Positions 43,061-52,705 are shown, counted from the stretch's first letter. The stretch is DNA of 60,671 bases from Candidatus Shapirobacteria bacterium (GCA_016866735.1 VGLL01000001.1:1-60671), one strand, 5' to 3'. Notes: a model not told the origin generated them from the sequence alone. Made by a program: numbers and translations.

Positions 43061-45709
43061 ATGGATAAAATTATTATAAGGGGGGCAAGAGAGCATAACC
43101 TTAAAAATGTTGATCTGGAGATTCCGAAGAATAAGCTGGTGGTTTTCACCGGTGTTTCGGGCAGTGGCAAATCTTCCTTAGCCTTCGACACCATTTATGC
43201 CGAGGGCCAGCGGCGCTATGTGGAGTCGCTTTCGGCCTACGCCCGCCAATTCTTAGGTATTATGGATAAGCCTGACGTTGATTCCATCGAGGGCCTGTCG
43301 CCGGCGATTGCCATTGACCAAAAAAGCGTTTCCCATAACCCGCGGTCAACGGTGGGGACAATCACCGAGATTTATGATTACCTACGCCTTCTTTTTGCCC
43401 GCATCGGCCACCCTCACTGCCCCAATTGCGGCAAAGAAATTAGCACCATGAGTGTTGGGCAGATTAGAGAGCAGGTGCTTAAGTTTAAATTTCCCAGCCG
43501 GCTCTTGATTCTTGCGCCCCTTGTGCGCGACCGCAAAGGTGAGTTTGCCCAGCTTCTTGATAATTTACGCGTGAAGGGATTTACCCGGGTGAGAATTGAC
43601 AGGCAAATCTTTGGTCTTCACGAAGATCTTTATCTAATCAAAACTAACAAGCACACCATTGAGGCTGTGGTTGACCGAATTAGCTTTCCGAAAAAGGAAA
43701 GTGAGGCAAAAGATCCCGCCTTTGCCAGAAGACTTGGCGATTCAATCGAACAGGCCCTGAAGCTTTCCGATGGCCAGGTAATTGTGGCTGAAGTGCAAGA
43801 TTCGTCTTTCGATTTTCCCGAAAAGCCGAAAGAAATGACCGATCATCTTTTTTCGCAAAAGTTTGCTTGCCCAGCGTGTAATCTCTCTTTGCCGGAGATT
43901 GAGCCGCGCACTTTGTCATTTAATTCTCCGCATGGCGCCTGCCCTACCTGTTCGGGAATTGGCACTTTGATTAAGGTTGACGAGGAGTTGGCGGCTAAAT
44001 TTGGCCTTTCGCGCGAAGAGTTAGAGTGGCGCTATTGGCGGACGGATTCGGAGTCTGTGCGGGAAAGAATTGAGCGGTTTATGAAAAGGGAAATCTGTCC
44101 CGATTGTCAAGGAGCGAGGCTTAAAAAGGAGGCTTTGGGAATAACGATTGACGGAAAATCGATTAGCGACGCAACAAAGTGGTCAATTAAAGAAACAATT
44201 TCCTGGCTAAAGAGCTTGACCCTTGCTAATGAGAGGGAAAAGACAATCGCCGAACCGATTCTTAAGGAAGTCATTACGCGCTTAGAGTTCTTACTTTCGG
44301 TCGGCCTTGATTATCTTTCTCTTGATCGGCCCTCGGCGACTCTAGCTGGTGGTGAGAGCCAAAGGATTCGGCTGGCTTCGCAAATTGGGTCTGGACTAAG
44401 CGGCGTTTGCTATGTTTTGGATGAGCCGACTATCGGCTTACACCAAAGGGACAATCGGCGCCTGATCGAGACACTAAGAAAATTGCGTGATTTAGATAAT
44501 ACCCTGATTGTAGTGGAGCATGATCGGGAAATGATGGAGAGTGCGGATTGGCTGGTTGATTTTGGGCCAGGAGCAGGGGATGGCGGAGGAAAAATTATTA
44601 GCTTTGGTAGTCCGAAAGAGGTAAAAAGCGATCACGATTCTCTTACCGGAGCATACCTTTCCGGGAGAAAAAGAATTCAGCTAATGAATTCTACTCATCC
44701 ATTCGTCAACTCCTCTAATCATCTCGTTCTCAAAGGCTGTTCCCAGTTTAATCTCAAAAATATTGATGTCCGTTTTCCTCTAGGCAAGTTTATCGGGGTA
44801 ACGGGCGTTTCCGGCTCGGGCAAATCAACCCTGGTGGTGGAGACACTTTATCAGGCTCTAGCCGCTAAATTTAACCCTTATCATCGGGAAAAGCCGGGGC
44901 GTTTCACCGAGATTCTAGGCTTAGAACATATAGACAGGGTGATTTTGGTGGACCAGTCGCCGATTGGCCGCACCCCTCGCTCTAATCCGGCCACCTATAC
45001 CGGCACGTTTACCTTTATTCGCGATCTTTTCGCGCAACTGCCAGAGGCAAGAATCCGCGGTTATAAGCCGGGCAGGTTTTCTTTTAATGTTCGGGGAGGC
45101 CGCTGTGAAAATTGCCAGGGTGGTGGTCAAATAAAGGTCGAGATGCAATTTTTGCCAGATATCTATGTCACCTGCGAAGTTTGTCAAGGAAAGCGCTATA
45201 ACAGTCAAACTTTGGAAATCGAATTTAAGGAAAAAAATATCAGCGAGATTTTGAATTTAAGTATTGATGAAGCCGCCCATTTTTTCCAAAATTTCCCCTT
45301 AATCTTAGCCAAGCTTAATATTCTTCAGGAGGTTGGGTTGGGCTATATCAAGCTTGGACAGCCCGCGCCGACTCTGTCTGGGGGAGAGGCGCAAAGAGTG
45401 AAGCTGGCGACGGAACTGGGGAAAAAAGCGACCGGAAAAACCTTTTATATTCTTGATGAGCCGACTACTGGCCTACACTTTGCTGATTTAGAGAAGCTCT
45501 TAGTAGTTTTAAGAAAACTGGTTAGTCGGGGAAATACGGTGGTGGTGGTGGAACACAATTTGGATGTTATCAAAAATGTGGATTGGGTGATTGATCTTGG
45601 GCCAGAGGGGGGAGATGAAGGCGGATTTATCGTCGCCCAAGGCGCCCCCGCGCAAATCTCCCGCTCCCAAAACTCCTACACGGGGCAGTTTTTGAAGAAG
45701 GTTCTTTAA
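43061..45709 (+). CDS. uvrA: excinuclease ABC subunit A
   Basis: Two ABC ATPase modules ([10 protein letters not shown] ; [10 protein letters not shown]), zinc-finger CxxC pairs and LSGGE signatures. At 882 aa it is somewhat short. Confidence 0.95.
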   Translation: MDKIIIRGAREHNLKNVDLEIPKNKLVVFTGVSGSGKSSLAFDTIYAEGQRRYVESLSAYARQFLGIMDKPDVDSIEGLSPAIAIDQKSVSHNPRSTVGTITEIYDYLRLLFARIGHPHCPNCGKEISTMSVGQIREQVLKFKFPSRLLILAPLVRDRKGEFAQLLDNLRVKGFTRVRIDRQIFGLHEDLYLIKTNKHTIEAVVDRISFPKKESEAKDPAFARRLGDSIEQALKLSDGQVIVAEVQDSSFDFPEKPKEMTDHLFSQKFACPACNLSLPEIEPRTLSFNSPHGACPTCSGIGTLIKVDEELAAKFGLSREELEWRYWRTDSESVRERIERFMKREICPDCQGARLKKEALGITIDGKSISDATKWSIKETISWLKSLTLANEREKTIAEPILKEVITRLEFLLSVGLDYLSLDRPSATLAGGESQRIRLASQIGSGLSGVCYVLDEPTIGLHQRDNRRLIETLRKLRDLDNTLIVVEHDREMMESADWLVDFGPGAGDGGGKIISFGSPKEVKSDHDSLTGAYLSGRKRIQLMNSTHPFVNSSNHLVLKGCSQFNLKNIDVRFPLGKFIGVTGVSGSGKSTLVVETLYQALAAKFNPYHREKPGRFTEILGLEHIDRVILVDQSPIGRTPRSNPATYTGTFTFIRDLFAQLPEARIRGYKPGRFSFNVRGGRCENCQGGGQIKVEMQFLPDIYVTCEVCQGKRYNSQTLEIEFKEKNISEILNLSIDEAAHFFQNFPLILAKLNILQEVGLGYIKLGQPAPTLSGGEAQRVKLATELGKKATGKTFYILDEPTTGLHFADLEKLLVVLRKLVSRGNTVVVVEHNLDVIKNVDWVIDLGPEGGDEGGFIVAQGAPAQISRSQNSYTGQFLKKVL

Positions 45710-45742
45710 TGTTCTCCCAAAATAGCGTAGAATGGAAGTAAG

Positions 45743-45907
45743 ATGGTAAAAGCAAAATCAAAGATTATGCGGCGAACCTGTGCTGTCTGCGGTAAGAAAA
45801 TTGAAGCGATTCTTTATTCTGACCGCAGTTATCGTGGCGGCCACTATTTCGGCAAAGTTCCCGATAAAAAGCTTGAATACTGGGAATGCCCGAAGTGCTA
45901 TTGGTAA
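45743..45907 (+). CDS. 54-aa CxxC...CxxC zinc-ribbon protein (below the ORF-track size cutoff)
   Basis: My own translation gives MVKAKSKIMRRTCAVCGKKIEAILYSDRSYRGGHYFGKVPDKKLEYWECPKCYW*. It lies between uvrA and mod. Confidence 0.4.
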   Translation: MVKAKSKIMRRTCAVCGKKIEAILYSDRSYRGGHYFGKVPDKKLEYWECPKCYW

Positions 45908-45994
45908 AACTAAATTCTTCTGGTGAACGAAATTAAGAGATGGTAGAATTGGTGCAGAAAGGGAAAATCCCTACAGGATCTCTAAAATCAAAAG

Positions 45995-48025
45995 ATGGGG
46001 AACATATTAGATAATTTAAAAACTTTGCTCCAAAAAGACGAACGGTTAGTGAGCGAAGGTGAGCTTTTGAAGAATAAAATAATTGAACTTGTTCTGAAGC
46101 TGGATAAAGACCTCATTAAACTCCTTTTATCTGATAAAAGAATGCGGGGGGTATTTTTTCTTGAAATTGACGGGGTGCTTATTTTTGATAAAGACAAGTT
46201 TATTAAATTTGTTTCTAGTAAGGATTTTCTGCCGGATTCTTATACTGCTTTCAAGAATAAGATTGGCTTAACTATTGGTGATGAATTTCTTAGCGAGAAA
46301 AAAGAAGTCGTACTTTCTTGGCCGTATAAGGATTGTGTCTTGGAAGGTGGGATGACTAAAGAGGACCAAAAGCGGGACGAAGTTTTTTGGAATCAAACCC
46401 TAGCGCCCGATGAAATCAGCCGCCTTTTAGATTCAAAAGTTTTTACCAATGCCAGAAGAATTGACGTTAAAGGTGAACATGAACCGGATAAATTCAAAAC
46501 TGATGAGAAAGGCGACATTAAAGACAATCTTATTATCAAGGGCAATAATCTTTTAGCTCTCTACTCCCTCAAAAAACGCTTCGCCGGAAAAGTAAAACTC
46601 ATCTACATCGACCCGCCATACAACCGTGAAGATGAGAATTTCTACAACGATAGTTTTAGGCATTCTACATGGTTGATTTTTATGAAAAATAGGATAGAAA
46701 TAGCCAGAAAATTATTGAACAATGATGGTGTCATTTTTGTGCAAATTGACTTTAGGGAATTGGCATATTTAAAAGTTTTAATGGATGAGGTTTTTGATAG
46801 AAAAAATTTTATTGGACAAATCAACTGGCAAAGAGTGCCAGAGGGGAGGACACTACTTGGTCAAGGGGAAAGTGACTTAAAGATCTCAACAGAATATCTT
46901 TTAGTTTATGCCAGAGACAAAAAGCCCGACATTTTAAATAGCAGTGTTAAGAAATTGATTGATGCCACTGAGAAGATAATTCAACAATATTCCTATGTCC
47001 TTAAGACAAATTCTAAACCAATAGAGGTAAAAAGACTTAAAGATAGTAAGGGCAGAGACGTTATTTTTTATAAAGTCCAAGATTTTGAGTTGCGACCATT
47101 GCGAGATAAAAGTATAGAAAATTATATTAGAAATTATGAAAATATGGTACAGTCTGTTGGTATACAAGAGGAAAGTACTTTCCAACAAAGACTTCTTTTT
47201 GAGACTAAAAAGATAGATACTCTGTGTATAGTGGAGTATGTTCCCGCTAAAGGAAAAAGAAAGGGGGAGAAATTGAGAGATTATTTTATTAAGGATAGGA
47301 AGTTGTTATTTGCAAAAGAATTTTCTGTTTTTAAAAATGAAAGACTATATAGAGAGGGCGATATTAATGACTTTTGGAGCAATAGTGAAATCCAAGTTAC
47401 AGATATTGCTGGAGAGGGTGCAGTGTCCCTGCGAAGAGGGAAAAAGCCCGAAGAACTATTACGTCGAGTTATAGATTGGACAACGTATAAAGATGAGATT
47501 GTTCTAGATTTCTTTATGGGCACCGGAACTACTTGCGCTGTGGCTCACAAAATGGGTCGGCAATATATTGGAGTTGAGCAGCTAGACTACGGGGAAAATG
47601 GCGCAGGGGTAAGATTAAAAAATGTCATCAACGGTGACCAAACCGGTATTTCAAAATCCGTTGGCTGGAAAGGTGGCGGGGATTTTGTTTATTTAGAACT
47701 GATGAAATGGAATGAAAATTTTGTCGGGAAAATCCAGCAAGCAAAAACGAAAGATGAATTAAAAAAGTTATGGGAGGCGATGAAAGAACGGGCGTTTTTG
47801 AGTTATAAAGTTGATGTTAAAGCGATTGATGCACAGGCTCCCGCCTCCGCTAAAGCTACGGCGGGCAAGGAAGATTTTGCGGATTTATCGCTTGAAGACC
47901 AAAAAAGATTTTTACTGGAGTGTTTAGATAAAAACCATCTCTATGTCAATTACAGCGAAATTGAGGATGAAGAGTATGGAGTGAGCGAAGAAGATAAAAG
48001 TTTAAATAGGGATTTTTATTTATGA
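45995..48025 (+). CDS. mod: type III restriction-modification system methyltransferase (Mod, N6-adenine, beta-class motif order)
   Basis: LIYIDPPYN (motif IV) precedes FFMGTGTTCAVAHKMGRQYIGVE (motif I). The N-terminus LLQKDERLVSEGELLKNKI is typical of Mod proteins. A res gene lies downstream. Confidence 0.88.
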   Translation: MGNILDNLKTLLQKDERLVSEGELLKNKIIELVLKLDKDLIKLLLSDKRMRGVFFLEIDGVLIFDKDKFIKFVSSKDFLPDSYTAFKNKIGLTIGDEFLSEKKEVVLSWPYKDCVLEGGMTKEDQKRDEVFWNQTLAPDEISRLLDSKVFTNARRIDVKGEHEPDKFKTDEKGDIKDNLIIKGNNLLALYSLKKRFAGKVKLIYIDPPYNREDENFYNDSFRHSTWLIFMKNRIEIARKLLNNDGVIFVQIDFRELAYLKVLMDEVFDRKNFIGQINWQRVPEGRTLLGQGESDLKISTEYLLVYARDKKPDILNSSVKKLIDATEKIIQQYSYVLKTNSKPIEVKRLKDSKGRDVIFYKVQDFELRPLRDKSIENYIRNYENMVQSVGIQEESTFQQRLLFETKKIDTLCIVEYVPAKGKRKGEKLRDYFIKDRKLLFAKEFSVFKNERLYREGDINDFWSNSEIQVTDIAGEGAVSLRRGKKPEELLRRVIDWTTYKDEIVLDFFMGTGTTCAVAHKMGRQYIGVEQLDYGENGAGVRLKNVINGDQTGISKSVGWKGGGDFVYLELMKWNENFVGKIQQAKTKDELKKLWEAMKERAFLSYKVDVKAIDAQAPASAKATAGKEDFADLSLEDQKRFLLECLDKNHLYVNYSEIEDEEYGVSEEDKSLNRDFYL

Positions 48026-48720
48026 ATGAAATTATAAAATCTCTACATGAGATAGTTGCCGTATTGAAAGATCCTAAAGACTTTTGGGTAAATATAACTT
48101 TAGCAATATCTACTTTTATAGCGGTAATAGTAGCTTTATTTCAGGAAAAAATAAAAAAACATTGGAATAAAGCTACATTAGATCTAAGAATAGACTTAAA
48201 TCCTCCTGATTGCCATCAAATTTCGTTAATAGACCTTCGTACGGGAAAGTTTGTGGGTCAATCTATTTACATTAGGATAAAAGTTATTCACAGAAAAGGA
48301 GGGGCCGGCGAGAATGTTGAAATTATGCCGATTAACTTTTTCCGCATTAAAGGTGATGGGAAACTGGAAAAGTTAAAACATTTTTTACCAATAAGTTTGG
48401 CCTGGAGTCATTTTCAGCCGCGTACGAATCTTAGTCGTATTCCCGTTAATTTATTTAGACATTGCGATTTTGGACACTTTGTTAAGGATCTAAAAGATAA
48501 CAATAAAGCCGTTTTAATTTTAGATACCATGGTGCAACCTAATCCGGTGGCAGAAAGCGAAGTTCCAAACATTATTAAACCAGGAAAATATCAGTTTGAA
48601 TTATTACTTAGTGGCGATAATGTTAAGCCTATTAAAAAGGAATGGAAGCTAGAATTTGATAAATGGAGCGAGGATGAAAAAGAAATGCTAACCAAAAATA
48701 TTAGCATAGAAGAAATTTGA
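48022..48720 (+). CDS. uncharacterised single-pass membrane protein, translationally coupled to mod
   Basis: The ATG overlaps the mod stop (ATGA). It has one TM segment (WVNITLAISTFIAVIVALF). No motif was recognised in the 180-aa C-terminal domain. Confidence 0.55.
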   Translation: MNEIIKSLHEIVAVLKDPKDFWVNITLAISTFIAVIVALFQEKIKKHWNKATLDLRIDLNPPDCHQISLIDLRTGKFVGQSIYIRIKVIHRKGGAGENVEIMPINFFRIKGDGKLEKLKHFLPISLAWSHFQPRTNLSRIPVNLFRHCDFGHFVKDLKDNNKAVLILDTMVQPNPVAESEVPNIIKPGKYQFELLLSGDNVKPIKKEWKLEFDKWSEDEKEMLTKNISIEEI

Positions 48721-48742
48721 TTTTTTCTTATTAATGGATGGT

Positions 48743-48768
48743 ATGCTCTACGAAACTTTTAATTCAAT
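48743..48768 (+). repeat. copy 1 of a 26-nt direct repeat identical to the first 26 nt of res (25/26 match)
   Basis: ATGCTCTACGAAACTTTTAATTCAAT is followed directly by the ATG of the next ORF. It forms the mini-ORF MLYETFNSI*, whose TGA overlaps that ATG. Confidence 0.9.
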
Positions 48769-49020
48769 ATGAAAGACAAGAAGATACAAACTCCAACTAA
48801 AATTGCCATTTTCAGAGGCAGAAGAGTGCGGAGAACTATTTATAAAGATGAATGGTGGTTTTCTGTCAGCGACATTATTGAAGCTTTAACCGGTACAGAT
48901 AGACCGAGAAAATATTGGCATGATCTTAAGAAAAAGCTCATCGACGAAAGGTATTCCGAGGTGTCCGAAAAAATCGGACAGTTGAAATTACAATTTAACT
49001 ATGCTCTACGAAACTCTTAA
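48769..49020 (+). CDS. BRO-N-like DNA-binding domain protein (possibly truncated)
   Basis: IAIFRGRRVRRTIYKDEWWFSVSDIIEALTG fits the Bro-N pattern (f.g..vR.....ge.wF.a.Dv..aLg). The last 6 codons are supplied by repeat copy 2. Confidence 0.45.
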   Translation: MKDKKIQTPTKIAIFRGRRVRRTIYKDEWWFSVSDIIEALTGTDRPRKYWHDLKKKLIDERYSEVSEKIGQLKLQFNYALRNS

Positions 49021-49026
49021 CTAAAT
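49001..49026 (+). repeat. copy 2 of the 26-nt res-5' repeat (23/26 match to copy 1)
   Basis: ATGCTCTACGAAACTCTTAACTAAAT is followed directly by the ATG of the KTSC ORF. It forms the mini-ORF MLYETLN*. Confidence 0.9.
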
Positions 49027-49239
49027 ATGCACAGAATTCCCGTAACTTCATCGAATATTCGCTCAATTGGCTACGATCCGGAATCGCAAATTTTGAAGGT
49101 GGAGTTCAATTCAGGAGAAGTTTATCAATATTTCGATGTTCCCGAGCATCTTTATCAAGAGCTTATGAAAGCCTCATCGCCTGGACGTTTTTTGAATGAT
49201 TATATTAAATATAGTTATCGTTACCAAAAAATTACTTAG
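49027..49239 (+). CDS. KTSC domain protein
   Basis: VTSSNIRSIGYDPESQILKVEFNSGEVYQYFDVPEHLYQELMKASSPGRFLNDYIK is the KTSC signature (s.i..igYd.....L.v.F..G..Y.Y..VP...y..l..a.S.G.yfn..Ik). Confidence 0.75.
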   Translation: MHRIPVTSSNIRSIGYDPESQILKVEFNSGEVYQYFDVPEHLYQELMKASSPGRFLNDYIKYSYRYQKIT

Positions 49240-49242
49240 TGT

Positions 49243-50028
49243 ATGTTTAGTCCCAAAACTGAAAAAATAAAAAAGATCACCGAAAGAAACCAAGAGGCAG
49301 TCGAACGATTAGAAAAGCTTCTTGGAAACTCTACGAGAGTTTATATTGATTACGCCAATGTGCGACCGTGGAGCACAAAACTGCACTGGCACATTGACCT
49401 TAGGCGGCTAAAACAGTTTTTGGATTCTTTTGACACAGTGGGAGCGGTAAGTTTTTACGGTGGCTATATCAAGGGTGACGAACGATCGGAGAGAGAAATA
49501 AAGCAGGTTGAAGATCTGGCATATATTGTGCGGACTAAGCCAGTGAAATTTTTGCGATTTTCCATCAACGCTTCTAGCATTTCGGCAGATTCTACTGCCT
49601 TACTAAAACCATTTATCCGGCGAGCCCTGTTACGAAAGTATGAGGTCTCCACTATCGAATATCTCAACGAACGTTTTGCTGATATGAACAAGAAGGGAGA
49701 ATATTACATTGAAGACAGAAAATGCAATTTTGATGTTGAGATTAGTACCGATATGCTTCTTGATTCTGAACGCAAAAATGGGGAGATTTTTGTTTTATGG
49801 AGTGGCGATAGCGATTTTGCGGAGCCTGTAAAGAAGTTATTGGAGGCAGGCAGAAAGGTGGTATTATGCGCAACGGCGGGGAAAATTTCCAGCGAGCTTA
49901 ATACTCTAAGAGTAAAAGGACTAGAAGTATTTGATATCTTTCACATTAAGGACTTAATTTGCTGGAACAGGGAAATAAATAAAAGGTTAGATAAAAGCAC
50001 AAAGGACTCCGTTTCCGGAGCCCCTTAG
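49243..50028 (+). CDS. NYN-domain (LabA/DUF88-like PIN-fold) putative RNase
   Basis: VYIDYANV at the N-terminus, CNFDVEISTDML and VLWSGDSDFAEPVKKLLEAGRKVVL match the NYN acidic motifs. It starts 3 nt after the KTSC stop. Confidence 0.65.
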   Translation: MFSPKTEKIKKITERNQEAVERLEKLLGNSTRVYIDYANVRPWSTKLHWHIDLRRLKQFLDSFDTVGAVSFYGGYIKGDERSEREIKQVEDLAYIVRTKPVKFLRFSINASSISADSTALLKPFIRRALLRKYEVSTIEYLNERFADMNKKGEYYIEDRKCNFDVEISTDMLLDSERKNGEIFVLWSGDSDFAEPVKKLLEAGRKVVLCATAGKISSELNTLRVKGLEVFDIFHIKDLICWNREINKRLDKSTKDSVSGAP

Positions 50029-50098
50029 CACTAGAGTTAGTGATCTTTCGATCAAGGCAAAGTATAGCGCAAAGAAGACAAAAGTCAAGGATCAATTT

Positions 50099-50124
50099 AT
50101 GCTCTACGAAATTTTTAATTCAAT
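50099..50124 (+). repeat. copy 3 (the resident copy) of the 26-nt repeat, equal to codons 1-9 of res
   Basis: ATGCTCTACGAAATTTTTAATTCAAT was read directly. Confidence 0.9.
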
Positions 50125-52705
50125 TAAGGATTCATTTGGAGCGGATTATTTTACCTCGCGAGTTAGTAATGAAATAGTCCAAAATCTCAATCCAAAGTTT
50201 GAACTGCGAGAATATCAAAAAGAAGCGCTAGGAAGATTCGATTTTTATTTTAATGGCTACCAAAAAAGAAAATTTCCAGCGCAATTACTTTTCCATATGG
50301 CCACCGGTAGTGGCAAGACGCTGATTATGGCCGCCAATATTTTGTCTCTCTACAAACTTGGCTACCGCAACTTCATCTTTTTTGTCAATAGTGTAAATAT
50401 TATTGAAAAAACGCGAGATAATTTTTTAAATCCCCTATCGGAAAAATATCTTTTCTCTCCTACCATTAGGTTTGGCGAAAAACAAATTGAGATTAGAGAA
50501 GGCAAAAATTTTGCGGCCGCAAGCCCCGAAGATATAAATATTCTTTTTACCACAATTCAGGGATTGCATGTTCGCTTGAATTACCCTAAGGAAGATGCTC
50601 TAACCTACGAAGATTTTGCCGACAAAGAAATTATTTTAATTTCTGATGAAGCCCACCACTTGCAGACAATAACAAAAGGCAATAGGGAAGAAATCGAATT
50701 AGAAAAAAGCTGGGAGCATACAGTTGAACGTGTCTTTAGAAGTAATTTTAAAAATATTTTATTGGAGTTTACGGCCACAATTGATTTGGGTAATGAAAAT
50801 ATAAGGCAGAAATACGAAGACAAAATTATCTTTCAATACGACTTAAAGCAGTTCAGGTTAGATAAATACTCAAAAGAAATAGAAGTTTTGCAGGCAGACT
50901 TAGAACCGGTTGACCGGGCCTTACAGGCGGTTATTTTAAGCCAGTATCGCCGCAAGATAGCTGAAAAATACAAGTTGCGCTTAAAGCCGGTACTACTTTT
51001 CAAGTCCAAAAGCATTAAAGAATCAAAAGAAAATTATGATGATTTTTTGGAAAAGATGAAAAACTTGAAGTCAAGCGACTTGCAGGAAATATGTTCCCGA
51101 TCCCAAGGAACAGATATAGAAAAGGCATTTAATTATCTTAAAAAAGAAGACATAACTTTTGACAATTTTATTAAAGAATTACAAGAGGATTTTGCTGAAG
51201 AAAAATGTATGCTTTTGGATTCAGAACATGTAGATGAAGAAAAACAATTAAAACTCAATTCCCTGGAGAACAAAAACAACGAGATAAGGGCAATATTTGC
51301 GGTTAATATGTTAAATGAAGGGTGGGATGTGCTAAATCTTTTTGATATCGTCCGGCTCTATGACACACGCGACGGCAAATACGTTCATGGTAAATATAAG
51401 CCGGGCAACACGACAATGGGAGAAGCCCAACTTATTGGTAGAGGAGCAAGATATTTTCCATTCCAATTAGATGAAGTTCAGGATAAATATAAAAGAAAAT
51501 TTGATGAGGATGCCGAGAATGAATTGCGAGCAGTAGAAACATTATATTATCACAGCGCCCATAACCCCGATTATATTAGTGAGATAAAAAGTGCCCTGAC
51601 GGAAATAGGAATTTTGCCAGAAAAGTATTCTCAATTAGAAATGAAAATTAAAGATGATTTCAAGAAAACGGATTTTTGGAAAGACGGAGTGATTTTTATA
51701 AATGATAGAATAGCGAACCCAAGAACAGAAATTTTTAGTTTAGAAGACGCAAAAGTTGAGCGAAGCTACGCGCATAAATTAAAAACAGGAGAGATAAGAG
51801 AAAAGGTTATTCTAGACGAAGATGAAGAGATTAAGCCAAGAGACGTTGTGCGTAGTAAAATGAAATATAAACTTTCTGATTTCGGAGAAAATATAGTTAG
51901 AAGTGCTTTAGACAAGCTTGAGTTCTATCGATTTGAGACACTAAGAGAATATTTTCCCCACATAAGGTCGGTGAAAGAGTTTATTGCCTCTAATAATTAT
52001 TTAGGTGGAATTGAGATAGAGGTTTCTGGGCCAAAAGATAAACTGAATAAACTACTACCGATTGAGAAATTGGAAATGGCTTTATTTGTAGTTAGAAATG
52101 TAGCGGAAAAGGCAAGGATTAATACCTCGGATTTTGTAGGAACTAATCTATTTAAGGCGAGGTTGTTGCGGCAAGTTTTCAAAGATAAAAAAATCAAAAT
52201 AGACATCGATGAAGTGAAGAACCAAAAATTAGAGAATGTTAATTTGGTCGAGAAAGATTGGTATGCTCAAAATGAATTTTATGGCACGGATGAGGAGCAA
52301 AATTTCATCAACTTCCTCGATGGATTTATAGAGAAATTGAGACAAAAATATTCAGATATGGCCTTACTTCGCAATGAAAAATTTTTTCAAGTTTTTGACT
52401 TTAGTGAAGGTAGAGCGTTTGAGCCGGATTTTTTGATGTTATTAAAGAGAAGAAACCACAAAATTAGTATTTACCAGATTTTTATTGAGCCGAAGGGAGA
52501 TCTATTTAAAGATGGCCAAGGCAGATTTGAAAATTCAAAAGAGGGATGGAAGCAAAAATTTTTGCTTGAGGCGGAAAAACGAGTAAAGATTGACCTAAAA
52601 CTTGAAAGCAAAAACTTTAAACTCATCGGGTTGCCTTTTTACAATGAAAAACTGAAAAGAGAATTTGAAGAAGCTCTTGAAAATAAAATTTTATCTGATC
52701 TGTGA
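50099..52705 (+). CDS. res: type III restriction enzyme Res subunit (SF2 helicase plus C-terminal PD-(D/E)xK nuclease)
   Basis: HMATGSGKT (motif I), LISDEAHH (DEAH), TATI, NMLNEGWDV and a C-terminal FEPDFLML...IFIEPKG nuclease motif. Confidence 0.88.
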   Translation: MLYEIFNSIKDSFGADYFTSRVSNEIVQNLNPKFELREYQKEALGRFDFYFNGYQKRKFPAQLLFHMATGSGKTLIMAANILSLYKLGYRNFIFFVNSVNIIEKTRDNFLNPLSEKYLFSPTIRFGEKQIEIREGKNFAAASPEDINILFTTIQGLHVRLNYPKEDALTYEDFADKEIILISDEAHHLQTITKGNREEIELEKSWEHTVERVFRSNFKNILLEFTATIDLGNENIRQKYEDKIIFQYDLKQFRLDKYSKEIEVLQADLEPVDRALQAVILSQYRRKIAEKYKLRLKPVLLFKSKSIKESKENYDDFLEKMKNLKSSDLQEICSRSQGTDIEKAFNYLKKEDITFDNFIKELQEDFAEEKCMLLDSEHVDEEKQLKLNSLENKNNEIRAIFAVNMLNEGWDVLNLFDIVRLYDTRDGKYVHGKYKPGNTTMGEAQLIGRGARYFPFQLDEVQDKYKRKFDEDAENELRAVETLYYHSAHNPDYISEIKSALTEIGILPEKYSQLEMKIKDDFKKTDFWKDGVIFINDRIANPRTEIFSLEDAKVERSYAHKLKTGEIREKVILDEDEEIKPRDVVRSKMKYKLSDFGENIVRSALDKLEFYRFETLREYFPHIRSVKEFIASNNYLGGIEIEVSGPKDKLNKLLPIEKLEMALFVVRNVAEKARINTSDFVGTNLFKARLLRQVFKDKKIKIDIDEVKNQKLENVNLVEKDWYAQNEFYGTDEEQNFINFLDGFIEKLRQKYSDMALLRNEKFFQVFDFSEGRAFEPDFLMLLKRRNHKISIYQIFIEPKGDLFKDGQGRFENSKEGWKQKFLLEAEKRVKIDLKLESKNFKLIGLPFYNEKLKREFEEALENKILSDL

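Noticed and set aside
45995-52705. Prophage or classical integrative element as the origin of the R-M island.
   Set aside because: No integrase, transposase, terminase, capsid or other phage structural genes were recognised in the window. The BRO-N-like ORF alone is insufficient evidence.
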